The position numbers and the translations under genes were made by a program. Shown piece after piece: positions 1 through 11,914 of a stretch of DNA of 64,000 nucleotides (positions are counted from its first letter, which is position 1; every line of letters begins with the position of its first letter). The stretch spans positions 2,770,550 through 2,834,549 of the forward strand of contig JAUPSS010000004.1 of the NCBI GenBank assembly GCA_040285825.1, written 5' to 3'. This stretch comes from Eukaryota sp. TZLM1-RC. Taxonomy: Eukaryota > Protista > Metamonada: BaSk clade. The notes under the pieces were generated by a model. It did no database searches, was not told the DNA's origin, and was given only the letters and a program-made list of their open reading frames with translations.

Positions 1-800
1 AACAATTTTTGGTAATTTCATCATTATTTCCTAAAAACGAACCCAAATGACGAATAGCATCAATTGAATATAATTTGGCTTGAATTTCAATATCATCAAT
101 TATTGTGGAAACTGGAGAATTCGATAACAAAACACATTTAAGTAAATTAAGTCGGAGACCAATTTTGGTAAATAATTCTTTAAAACATACAGTTGCTTTT
201 TTCACAATATTTAATTCACCAATAAGCACAACATCATCCATATATGCAATCATTTTTAGTGAAGGAAACATCACTTGAATTTGCAGTAGAATAGGATGAA
301 TGGCCAAACAAAACAAAAGAGGTCCTAACGAATCTCCTTGCTTTACGCCACTTGATGAAATCAAAATGTTGTTACCAAAATGTAAATTAGAATATGTGCA
401 ATATGTTGATTGAAAATATGGTATTAATTCTGGCATATATTGCAATAGAGCACCATGGATACTGCGACGACTTAGCGAATTGAAAGCATTACTAAAATCC
501 AATGACATGCAAACATTGGATTCATTTTGACGAAATAAGACATCAGTAGCAAAAATCGCTGAAGAGACTCCATCTGTAGTATTTATACCATATTGAAAGG
601 GTAATAAAATCTTTTTAGCTTTTTCATTGAACCTGCTTAAGCAACACGCAGAAAAAATATTATGTAAGCTCTCAGAGACTGCAATAGGACGAACATCCAT
701 TTTTGAATTTTTGACAAGTGCAGTCAAACGAGAACTTCTTAATTCTTCTGGGTACTTGCGTTGACCAGATAATATTTGGTTGAAAAATTTGGTCAATAAA
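1..800 (-). mobile_element. Non-LTR retrotransposon family A (RLE/CRE-like), RT region remnant, runs off window start
   Basis: Minus strand reads SSRLTALVKNSKMDVRPIAVSE, LDFSNAFNS, GVKQG-like and AYMDD; positions 1-470 are nearly identical to 49746-50215. Confidence 0.9.
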
Positions 801-802
801 CC

Positions 803-1325
803 AAGGGAAAGCAATAAAAACTAGATGTGTATTTCTACCAGCATTAGCTTCTTCAATATCTTTATCATATTTTATATGTTTTTCTTTACTCACAGGATTA
901 AGTTTTCTTCTGTGAACCAAAGTATCATTTGCAACATTGCATGAGACAAAATCAACAATAGCTTCAGAGTTATCAATCCAATCACAGTATACATCACCTC
1001 TATCATCAGAGCCAAAATTATTCAGAGAACGTGTTTCTCTCAGCAGAAGCTCTTTGATACACGATATTCTTGCAGTTTGTGCCTTATTGAAAACAGTGTC
1101 TCTAACAGCATCATGTAATGAAGAACGATAAGCTATCAATTCAGAACAATTCAGAGCATGACGCAAAGTGAGCTGAGGGTGAATTTGATCAAATACAATT
1201 TTCTTTTAATAATAATTGATTAGTGAGGATATTCAAATATAATCTCATTTTTGTTACAAATGCTTTATTAGTGGCACACAATCCAAATTTTCGTGGTACA
1301 ATGGTTACAAAAAGTGCTGAATCCG
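803..1325 (-). mobile_element. Family A non-LTR fragment (zinc knuckle + RLE region) interrupting the RT remnant
   Basis: RHALNC..HDAVRD..RGDVYCDW..IVDFVSCN matches the C-terminus of the 48346-50190 ORF; 1330-1500 (DYWVQN..PSGK) resembles the pre-RT region of family C. Confidence 0.8.
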
Positions 1326-1833
1326 AAACAAATCGTCAATACCTTGTAGACAATGGTTCAAATCTGATTTTAACTGATAAAAAAACAACATCGAAGGTGC
1401 AGTCCGTTTGCTTTCCGGAGGGTCAATTGTTATCTAATTGAAACAATTCATCTACAGAATTCTGGACCCAATAATCGACAATATGTTCAATAATCCTACT
1501 TCTGCCATCAATGAATTTTTCATGCTTAATGTATTCTATGTCCCTTTGTTTTTCTTTGCTCGGTTCTTTAGGTAAGACTGTCCCAACTTTTTTGAAAATT
1601 TCAGTGTAGTTGTAAAGGAAAGGACAGCAATAATTTTCAATCGTATTTTCAGGCAAATCAGAAGTGTGTGTACATTTGACAAGGAATATGGTGAAATTGA
1701 TTGTTGATTCACTCATTTCCAGTCGTCGATTTTCAAAACCTTTGGTAAAAATATGATTCGATGTTGGAGAGCAGATTTTGTAAACGTTGTGCTGTAGTTG
1801 TGTATTTGATTGTCATGATTTTAATCATAGATT

Positions 1834-2657
1834 CAAAATCATAGAAACCCTTGAAAGCTCAGCGTCTCAGTCAACATACATCAACGACATTCAATCTAAA
1901 TTCGCTAAATTGAATAAAAAACAGGAGGAAGTACAGTGCCGTCAAGCATTTAAGGCTCTTTCCCGTGATTTCCAAATCGAAATAAATCCTTTTTCTTGAT
2001 GTGAACTGGTCAAGCGGGCTGCGTCTTCCACGGCTAAGTTACATGGCAACTATAAAAAACCTTTTCTAGTTATAGATACACCATTTACCTCCACAGATCA
2101 CATCAAGAAGCTGTGTACTGGTATGGTAGTTAAGGCCAGCGTGAAGCATTTTCAGCCTTGGTACACTAGCTTGCCCGTGAATAATAAATTTCACTCCTCG
2201 GTTGCAGTCGGTGATGCCGAAAAACACGTGATTCAGAAAGTCCTCAGCCAGGATACGATCACTGCCGAGTACAATGGCCTGGCAATCATATTACCACTGA
2301 GCTGGTTTCGACTGTTCAGAACACCTCTGCTTATAAAAAATTCTCCAAGTCTTTAGCCAAAACTCCCTCTCGCCCATTTCGCCGAAAACATCGCACCAAT
2401 AATATTAGTAATAATAATATTGATATTTACGCCTACCAGGCCTCGACGCTCGAAATGGAGAACGAATAGTGTTGGCCTTGGATAATATTTATATTTTACT
2501 GTTATATTAGTTTAGAATAGTTTATATAGTTTTAGTTTATACTAGTTCAATGTACAATTGCGCTCTAGCGCTTAAGTCGAAGGAAACTTTTTTGCCTTCG
2601 TAATAAATTACTCTGCTTTTTCAGGTATACATGAATCATAACTCCTACAGATCATCA
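1834..2657 (+). mobile_element. Degenerate Ty3/Gypsy 3' remnant (integrase C-terminus + 3' LTR at 2470-2657)
   Basis: Homologous to the reverse complement of 21506-22300 (KIIETLESS, MVVKASVKH); LTR runs TGTTGGCCTTGG...AGATCATCA; stops and frameshifts present. Confidence 0.9.
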
Positions 2658-3554
2658 AGAGGCTTTATTTATTAACCAACAATATATTTAAACTATTACG
2701 ACGTCATTTCTGTGTGTAATCCAACACTTAACAATTTGACCCCATTGATTGAATAACTTGATCACCCTGTGAACAATTTTGCACTTTCACCAACAGAGAT
2801 TTTATTTTCGGGTACATCAGTTCGACACCTTGTACTCATGTGGCACAAAATTTGTAAACTTGCGGCATAAAACTTCTTCTCTCAACTCAACAATGTCCTA
2901 AAAACATGTCTTGGTTGTACAACCTTTACCGATATGGCCTTCTATACCATGCTTTCTGCGAGGGTTTGAACTGTGATCCTTTCAGCATTTTTGTGACAAT
3001 CCCAGTTGTTTCTGGGATGATTGTTTTACAGAATATATATTAATATACTCTTTTTCCTTCTCCATGTTTTCGTGTTCATAATTTTACATTTTTGTCTTGT
3101 TTTATTGATAATAAATATGTGATCTTGGTTATGTTGTCCACACACAATTTCTGTGGTGATTGCAGGTGCACTTCTGCACCACCCAATAGACAGTTTGTAT
3201 TGAACATTTACATACTCGGAGCAGTTCATCAATTAACTTGATTATCAGTAGGAAAAATTCTTTCTACTGAAAAAATAAAAGTAGGAGCGCCTGGCATTGA
3301 TTTAGATAGACCATGAAATAGGCAAAACATGTTTCGAAAGCATTATTGAGGGGGAAGGTTAACTATGAGGTAGAAGAAAGTTGATGAGATCGTTCACAAC
3401 TCAGTTGTTTTGGCATAGATTTGAAGAAGAGAGGACAAAGTTTAACGTCGCAAATTATCAAATTTCCCATAAATTTTAGACATTTTTAGGGTAATCCAAT
3501 TTGAACAGAAAATCACCATTTTATCTGTCAAATTTTCCCATTACACATAACATA

Positions 3555-4745
3555 ATGATTTCTTTTGGAAGAAAGGTTGCCAATGCTATTGGCTTTGGCT
3601 CTGGCTCTTCCTCAAGTAACCGAGCGAAGGACTTACATCATCTCCGCAATGAATTTAAGCGGTATGATATTCACAACCAAATCGAAAGCATCTACGATAA
3701 GAACGATCAAGACATCACCGAAACGCGACTTGCTCTGAAAAGAATGATATCTTCTCGAACCAACACCAACCAGCACTCTCAACCAGCTGTCAAATATGAA
3801 AACCTGCAATATGACAAACAAAGCCTACACGAACCGCCACAATTAACATCTCGATCCACTCCATATTCTTCTTATTCAGTGACTCATTCTGCTGTCCAAC
3901 CGACACAATCCCGTAACACACCAAAAAACGATGTCAGAGAAGGAGATCTCCAACACTTACATGACCTCTTTCCTCATGTTCCAATGAGTGAAATCACTAA
4001 AATTTATGACAAACACAAAGGAGACCGACTACAAGCAGCCTCCGAATTGACAAATTGGTCAAAACCACAAGGAACAAACAAGGTAAAACCAATGACAAAG
4101 GACCAAAAGAAGGCTTTCACATTACTCAGGAAAGAGTTTTCTCAAATGAAAGACCATGAAATTGAAAAGCATTTCAGGGAGCACAATTTCAATGCACAAA
4201 CCACCAGAGCTACTTTGAGGGCACTGCTCAGTTCTCAACAATCAGCTACAACCAAGCCATCACGCCCTCTGCCATCCCCTCATCATACTCAACAACCAAC
4301 CAAGCACGAGGAAGAAGAATACTGGGATCTTATGCATAATGAACCAGCTGAAGCTCCCATCAAGCCTCTTAGTGAAGTTCCATTGAATGTATTGGTAGAA
4401 TTACGTAATGATCTGGTTAAGGCCATGAACTCGATACCAGTAAATTGTCAGCTTAATGGTGACAAACAAAAAGCAAGAAGAGAGCTTTTGGAAGAGTTTA
4501 ACCACCATTTAAATGAACTTCGAACTGCATATAATTCAAGAATTTCTTCAGTAATTGATGTAAGTAATTGTTCACCAGAAGAGTTTATTAGTCTTATTTC
4601 CTCGTTAGCCAAAACCCCAAAGCAAATTGCAATTGAGTTCTTTTTTGGCGATCAAACTCCTCAACAATTTGCAGAAATTCTCCATCATAAGGAAATTAAT
4701 TACTGTATAAATGGATTTTCTAATTCATTTGTTGTCCAATTCTAG
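3555..4745 (+). CDS. Multi-CUE/UBA-like domain protein with possible degenerate Smr-like C-terminus
   Basis: Three CUE-like segments (e.g. LHDLFPHVPMSEITKIYDKHKGD); paralogue at 55169-56344. The track start 3501 is TTG; first ATG is 3555. Confidence 0.65.
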   Translation: MISFGRKVANAIGFGSGSSSSNRAKDLHHLRNEFKRYDIHNQIESIYDKNDQDITETRLALKRMISSRTNTNQHSQPAVKYENLQYDKQSLHEPPQLTSRSTPYSSYSVTHSAVQPTQSRNTPKNDVREGDLQHLHDLFPHVPMSEITKIYDKHKGDRLQAASELTNWSKPQGTNKVKPMTKDQKKAFTLLRKEFSQMKDHEIEKHFREHNFNAQTTRATLRALLSSQQSATTKPSRPLPSPHHTQQPTKHEEEEYWDLMHNEPAEAPIKPLSEVPLNVLVELRNDLVKAMNSIPVNCQLNGDKQKARRELLEEFNHHLNELRTAYNSRISSVIDVSNCSPEEFISLISSLAKTPKQIAIEFFFGDQTPQQFAEILHHKEINYCINGFSNSFVVQF

Positions 4746-4969
4746 TGTAAATAGTTTCAAAATAAAGAGTTTTTTGGCAAATAATGATCAATAGTTGGTT
4801 CAAATAGGCAAATACAATTGGAGAATCAATGTAGGCTGACAATGTTAACATTATTTTTGATTGATTTTTTGATTGAAATTATGACTAGGTGACTTGAAAA
4901 TTTGGTCATAATTTTTATTCTGCTCAATTTTATATCCAACAAGGATACCCATTTTCTTAACTGAATTAA

Positions 4970-5715
4970 TCTATTGAACTTGCACACTTTACAAAATTAA
5001 TTCATAACTAATGGGACGAAAATCATTGAACCAAGCTTTCTTCTACAAAATCTTGATCTGTTTGCCGTCTAGCTGAAACTTCTCTTATTCGATTGAAAAA
5101 CCGAGGTAATCTATTAATAATGGCAAATTGAATCCGTGAACGTCATAAAATAAATATCAAATCTTTTCATTGTCTTTTCTTGCACCATTTTTTGGAGGTC
5201 ATTCAAAAAAGTTTCTGCTTCAACTGATAATCTTCCATTTATCGAAAATGGGAAATCAATAAAAACCAGCTGTGCATTTCTATCGGCATAAGCTTCCTCG
5301 ATATCTTTGTCATATTTTCTATGTTTTTCTTTAGCTTGAAATTCAAGACCATCTACATGATTTAGGTTTTCTTCTGTGAACCAAAGTGTCATTTGCAACA
5401 TTATAAGAGACAAAGTCAACATCAGCTTCAGAATTATCAATCCAATCACAGTATACATCACCTCTATCATTAGAGCCAAAATTATTCAATAAAAATGTTT
5501 CTTTCAACAGAGGCTCTTTGATACAAGAAATTCTTGCAGTTCGTGCCATATTGAAAACAGTGTCTCTAACAATATCATGTAATGAAGAACGATAAGTTAT
5601 CAATTTCGAACAATTCAGAGCATGGCGCAAAGTGAGCTGTGGTGAATTCGAACAAACACATTTTTCTTTTTATAACAATTGATTAATTTGGATATTCAGA
5701 TATAATCTCATTTTT
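4970..5715 (-). mobile_element. Family A non-LTR, 5'-truncated 3' fragment
   Basis: RLE-domain remnants and family 3' UTR (CGTCCCATTAGTTATG...TGTGCAAGTTCAATA); counterpart at 54215-54945. Confidence 0.88.
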
Positions 5716-6087
5716 GAGCGCATTTTTCAGTATTCACAACAGACAAGCAAGTTTAAAAAACAAAGAATGAAATAGAAGAAAGGTGAATGCGGTTAATAGA
5801 TTAGTTTTGGTGAATTTTGATAACCACAATTTGAGGAACTCAGAAGAATTAGATCCCTAAACGTTTTCTGATATACTGTATTTTTATTGAAATAAAATTC
5901 TGTCTAGTATTCAATATCCTCCAAACAAACATCACTATTACTGTGCCAAAGATTCTTCGTATTTTTTCCCTAACAGTTGAGTCGAAAAATATCATGATTT
6001 ATCAATGTATTAAAGAAAAACAAAAAACTAAATTTAAAAGAAATTCCAAGAAAATGTACACAAAACTAATTCAAAAAAATACCAACG

Positions 6088-9000
6088 CTATCTCTTTAAA
6101 GTCCTTTGCTTTTGCCCATCCAAAATATAATCATCCTTGACCAACAACCCTTTCCTCCTACGAAGAAGATTCATACAGTCTCTAGCAACATTTGGAGCTA
6201 CAATCCCCTTATCCCCATATTCCTCAAGCTCTTCTTCATCAGGTACGTGCAAGGGATCATCTTCAATCAACCTCCAATGATCAAAACTGATTTGCGCAGA
6301 TGCTTGTCCACTCGATTGACTTCTTAAATCCTCAACAAAACCAAAAGACTCTAATAAAGGAATGAAACAACTAATTACAAAAGTATCAGAACCATCTCGA
6401 AGTTCTTCCAACGTAATCTTACTTCTTCTCTTTGACAGAACAGCATAAACGGACGAAAGCGCTCCTTGAGGAGTACTAATATCACATTTGAGCATCGCTT
6501 CTGCTAGGCGAGGAGAAGAAGCCATAAAACCTCTGGTATAACCATCTATGAGAGAGGAGATGATGTTTGAAGAAGCAGAATCACTTGATGAATGAAAAAC
6601 AATACTATCAATCATCACCACCACTCCAACCAAAGGCTCACCGCAGAGGGGTCCAGCAAGACAAAATACCTGGAATGCAGACCTGATGGCATTGCAAATT
6701 GAATCAAAAGCACTTCCCTTCTCCTTCGTGTCCTTCCCAAATACCGAATCCCAGTTCATTTCGCGTTTAACATCATCATCAAGACTGTTCACCAGCAGAC
6801 ATGACCCATTGTGACGGGGTCCAAAGGCCCAAATTAAGTCTTTATCGACTAGCCTATTTACTCGTGAATTAAATTTACTTAAACCTTCCTTCACCACACT
6901 AATGGCATCTGGCTCTCCACTAACGGCAGATTTAACGATGGAGGGGATGGTGGTAAGGTATTGTGAAGCCTCGAATGGAAGTGAAAATACCCTCAATGTC
7001 AAAGAAATATTACCGAGATCAACAGTGATTCTACTAGCTGCCTGGGGTCGCTCTACAGAAACAGTTTCTCTTAAAGAAAAAATAGGCGGTGAAGTTTTTA
7101 TTTTACACCCCGTCCATCGTGCCAAATCAGATAAGCATTGTGCTAAATGAAGATCACCAGAACCTGCAACGAAATGACCACCTGAACTAAGGACCCCAAC
7201 CTCAACAGAGGGATCTGACTGGTCCAGCCAAGAGAGAGCCTTGAGGAAGGAGGCATTGTTGCCCAATGAGAAAGGGGAGACTTCAACCTTGACGACTGGG
7301 TAATTTCTAGTTTCCATTGATTTGAAAATAGGAATTTGAGCTGATGACGTGTCTTTATGATCTGATGACGTCAGCAAACAAGGAGAAAAAGCAATTCCAC
7401 CCTTGTGAAAGAACCCCTCGCAACCTCTAACCGCGATAACAGAACCAGCACAAGCATTTGGTATAGAAGAAAACCTAGAACCAAGGGGAAGATATATCCC
7501 TTCAACTTTGCAAGACTTGACTTCATTATTTTTGGTTGATTTAATACAAATTTCATCACCAATAGAAATCTTACCAAACCAAATACGTAAAATCGCCAAA
7601 AAAGGAGTATCAAAAAAGGTAATTGATTAGAATCTTCAATCGAGGATGCTTCAACGTCTCTACCAATGATAAATACTTTTGCAATGGAACAAATCAAAGG
7701 TGACGTGGAATTTTGACCTAAACGTGTCATGATACCCAAATTTTCGACAGTGAGCTTTTGGAATCGAGATAAAGAACATTGCTGAGGAGAGGGAACGTGC
7801 TGAATGACTGTCGACAACACTCTGGGGGCCAACGGTAACCAACGTGACAGGATTGATTTGAGTGATCCCTTCTTGTCAGTCAAACCCTTCTTGTCATTAA
7901 GACACGCCAGATCACGTGACGGTACATTCAGACCTAAAATTTTAATTATATTCTTAGCTTTTTCCAAATTAGGATTTAAATAAAAATTGTTATAAACTCG
8001 CCATAAAGGCTCCAACACCAACTTTGCGAATAATTTTTATTCAACAACAAATATGAAATACACAATTAAAACTCCACATCCTCAAAACCTGCCTCCCCTA
8101 CATCAAAACAATTAATCGCTAAAGATTCAGAAAATTTCCCAAAAGAAGATAGTGAATCAGAAATTAGTGTTACCATTCCCTTAAAAATAGAAAATACAAT
8201 CCTGTTTTGCCAGTAAACACGATTGAAAATTCTTCCAGTTCTTTCCTTTACAACTACAACAAAATCCTCAAGGAAAGCCAAAGCAGCCTTACCTAGAGAT
8301 CCAAGCAAAGAAAAAACAAATGGACATAAATTATATTGGGCATGAGAATTTTCATTAACCGAGGAAATGGGTTTCGCATATTTAGCAATTTTATATTTTT
8401 CGCCTGCAAGAAGAGGATTATTTACATCCGAGTTAATGAAATGTTCGTTAGAGGAATTACAAGGGTCAATAGACATGGCGTCCAAAATAGTAAAACTACC
8501 ATTTAAACCAGGAACAACTAGATCACCTCTAGTCAGACCCATAGAAGCTCTGTTGTAACGCGTACTATCAATATTGGGATCATCAAGAATTAATTTTGAT
8601 AACAGCGGTTCTAAAAAGGAATCTACTCGATATGATTTGCACAATACATAAATTTGGTCCCTGACGTTATTATGCACTTTGCTTCTAAACGTAATGAAAT
8701 GTTTACAGTTCAAAAGATGAGTAAACAAAAGAGGTTTACCACATTTACAAGTTAAATGATTGGGCAAATTGTTTGGCCACAGAAAACAACGAAAACGCAT
8801 GTTTAGAAGCCATTCATTGTTTTTTAACAAAAGTCCATAAACAGAGGGAACTTGAGTTACTAAAGCAGCAGCTGAACTATCACGAATATCCTTTAAAAAA
8901 TTACCGAAAGCGGGATTTTTAGTTTTGGCCAAGCCAAGTCTTACTTCATAATCCAAGCCTTCATATAATTTAACTTTGCGAATAATGGGGTGGAATTACT

Positions 9001-9842
9001 AGCTTTACTTTCGGTAGATGTAATACTTTTCCCACCTTTTGAGAAATAGTAATCACCCCAGAGAGTTTTACGTAGAACTTTTTTTGAAAATTTCATCTTG
9101 TCGTGGTAGAGATCAACAAAGTCGAGGGGTGAAAAACAAAATCGATCAGTTGCCGAAGAGAATAATTCGTTTCCGTTGAGGGGTTGAATAACCGCTTGCT
9201 AGTTTCCAAATCTAATTCATCATCATCGACATTTGATTGATCAACATTTGATTGAACTTTCCTTTTTTCTACATGACTTAATATTCTACTAAACGCGCTT
9301 TCTGAAAGCATTGAAGCAACAGCAACATTGACCTGCTCAATCAAATTTCTTAGCCTTTTATAAGAATCAATTGGACTCTCCCTCAGCTCAGTGACAAGTC
9401 GATCAATCTTATTTATAACCAGAATAGGTACTATATCAGATTCAAAAGCGCTTCTCATTACTGCATAGGTTTGAGCGCAGAGGCCTTCAACAGCATCTAC
9501 CAGAATAAGGGCACCGTCAGCCATGGACATTGCTGCTGTGACTTCAACGGCAAAGTCTACATGACCAGGAGTGTCGACGAGCATGATGCTGTAGGGTTTG
9601 GAGTCATGTACACATGCGAGGGCATGAGCAGAAGACTTCATTGTAATTCCACGTTCTTGTTCATCAGGTCTGTTATCCATGTAACGGATGAGGCCTGCAG
9701 TGGATGGAGAGATGACAGCATTGGAAGAAAGAAGAGAGTCTGCAAGAGTGGATTTGCCATGGTCTACATGAGAGATGATACAAATGTTTCGTATAAGTGC
9801 GGGATTGGAATGTACAGCATGAAGTTCCTCTGTTGTGAGCAT
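6088..9842 (-). pseudogene. EFL1: Disrupted copy of elongation factor-like GTPase 1
   Basis: Near-identical to 50611-53436 but split by a retrotransposon (8035-8971), with an 18-bp deletion near 9220 and homopolymer frameshifts near 7615 and 9182. Confidence 0.9.
8035..8971 (-). mobile_element. Family B non-LTR retrotransposon, 5'-truncated, inserted in EFL1
   Basis: CKCGK..HLLNC knuckle and RGD..LDA..EKYKIAKY RLE motif; TSD AACTTTGCGAATAAT at 8020-8034 and 8972-8986; near-identical to 15291-16227. Confidence 0.95.
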
Positions 9843-11399
9843 GAGCTGATAGCAAAATAATGTTAATGGGTGATTGAAAGAATCAAATTGTCCAGTTTTG
9901 GTGTAGTATTCATGGTGCTTTGTTACAATATTCGCCAGAATTAATGCCTTATTTCCAATCAACATATTGCACAAATTCTGATTTTAAGTCCCATTAGTTA
10001 TGAATTGGATAATCTGTTCTTCATTCTTAGTTTTAGCAGTGTTTTCTGACAAATCTTTGGGTAATCGAGACTTCAACACAGCAGCTGGCACAAAACTCAG
10101 ATCATTTAGCTTATTATTTTCATAAGGAGTTTTAAACAACACCCATCCTTGAGTAGACAAAGCCAAATTTGGATGAAGTTGTTGTAGACTGTCAATGCTT
10201 ATAGCACGAGCGATTTTCAACCTGTGCTTTTCTAAATCGAGTTGATATTGAGACTTATCCATGTTGGGAAACACTTTGATCAAACAAATATTATCAGGCA
10301 GCTGTTCTTTTCACCAAATCAGTAGTAAAAAAGCTTGTTTGGTTAAGTTTAGCCTGTTCAACAAAATGGCTAGATAAAAACTTGACAAACTCATTGAGAC
10401 GAACATCACTGTTGTTGAATCAAAACCCCATTTCCTCTTCATAAAAATAAGAGGCAGAGGACCTTTATTTTGCATAGCAAAATATCCACTTACGTTGTGT
10501 CTAGTTATCCGCGTTGGACCAACTGAAAGAGTCAACATTTATAGAAGGGGATGTGTCAGGAACTGGAGAGGATGTTTCTTTCAATGTTTCTGCTTGCCTT
10601 GTTTTATATGTAAGTTGCGTAGGAGGTAAGGAAGTGAAAGGGGTAAGCACTGGACTGGACTGCATTGGTACTCCAGTCGGTTTCGTTAAAGTCAGTATTG
10701 CATAGTTTTGTAGGTGTGGTGTAGTTTTCTGAAGAATAAGACATGAATTTTGTAAAAGAGACAAAAAATGGATGAAAGGGGGGAATAGGAAAGGGAATTC
10801 ACTTAAGAATTTCACTTAAGGTGCATTTCACATTTTATTCCCCACTTATTTTTCCGCCCTTCTTTTGAATGGACTATCCTCCAGACGCTTATTTTTCGGA
10901 TGACATTATGGAATACTCATTTCGGTGAATCGCTGATAGAGTCACCAATAAATCAAGTACCTACTACGTTACCATCACCCATGTTGTCTTGCAGATTGGA
11001 ACGAGCCTCCTGCAACAATCGCTAAATACTTTTCTCACAAACGCCGCTTTGAGCTGACAGCGACAGACTCCCTTTATCGAGATCTAACTTCTTTTGCTTC
11101 CGTGCGTCTCGAACAAATTGACCACCAATGTTCGGAATATCGCCGAACTTTGATGACCAGATTTTTTGCAGAGCAGGAAGAGTTTCTCCTGAACAATTTC
11201 GGCACAAACCGTGATCCAGTGGTATGGACTCCACCAGTGAAACGCAAATTGTTACAAACCCTAATGCCTTAGACACTTTTCATGCCACTATCTAAAAATC
11301 AATACATAAACTATTTATTATATTGTCTATTGTTTTCAAATGATTGTTGTAAAAATTCAGCCCTTGATCCTGTCAAATAAGGCGACGAATAGTACTGCC

Positions 11400-11730
11400 C
11401 ATCACGATAACCTGCATGTTGAAACAACCGCACGCAAGAATAATAATGAAGATTGTGTAGTTGACTATTTACCACATCAACTAGGACTGTTGTCGACAAG
11501 ACGGAGTAGGTTGTGGATGTCTTCAGGGGACAACTTTCGCTGTCGACCTTTTCTAACATTAGCAAGGGACCTGAAGAGAGACTGCTTTCCCCATCGAGAT
11601 ATATTGGATTGACTTGTACGATAGAATCGTGCCACATTAGCTTGGGTAGTACTAATGGAGGATAGAGCATCTAGAGCACGCACCTTTGTATCTTCTGAAG
11701 CTGGAACCTTAAGTTGAAGTAAATTGACAT
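11400..11730 (-). mobile_element. IS630/Tc1-like transposase N-terminal HTH remnant
   Basis: TQANVARFYRTSQSNISRW..KGRQRKLSPED..LVDNSP resembles the paired HTH + GRPRK linker; no intact DDE domain seen. Confidence 0.5.
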
Positions 11731-11773
11731 CAGAAAAAAATGATCGGTGTTAAACGGCATGGATTTTGAGAAG

Positions 11774-11822
11774 TGGGAATGGGGTGGGAATGGGGTGGGA
11801 ATGGGAATGGGATTGGGAATGG
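11774..11822 (+). repeat. G-rich TGGGAA/TGGGG short tandem repeat (G-quadruplex-type motif)
   Basis: tgggaatggggtgggaatggggtgggaatgggaatgggattgggaatgg: eight G3+ runs in an AT-rich context. Confidence 0.8.
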
Positions 11823-11914
11823 CAATTCACCAATTTTGCCGCAAAATTTTTGCGGTCTACTGCCTGACTCTCACAAAATATCTTCACCATTCCCCACACC
11901 AATCAATCAGCTCC

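Larger units (their letters stand above)
4250..9927. repeat. Left arm of large inverted segmental duplication (partner 50502-55665)
   Basis: Reverse-complement near-identity over the CUE gene 3' half, intergenic DNA, a family A fragment and EFL1. Confidence 0.92.

Noticed and set aside
672-1166. 164-aa ORF as a real gene
   Set aside because: Chimera of an RLE fragment reading into an off-frame RT remnant.
9984-11276. Short minus-strand ORFs as genes
   Set aside because: Fragmented, with no motif I can identify; possibly a decayed gene or TE.
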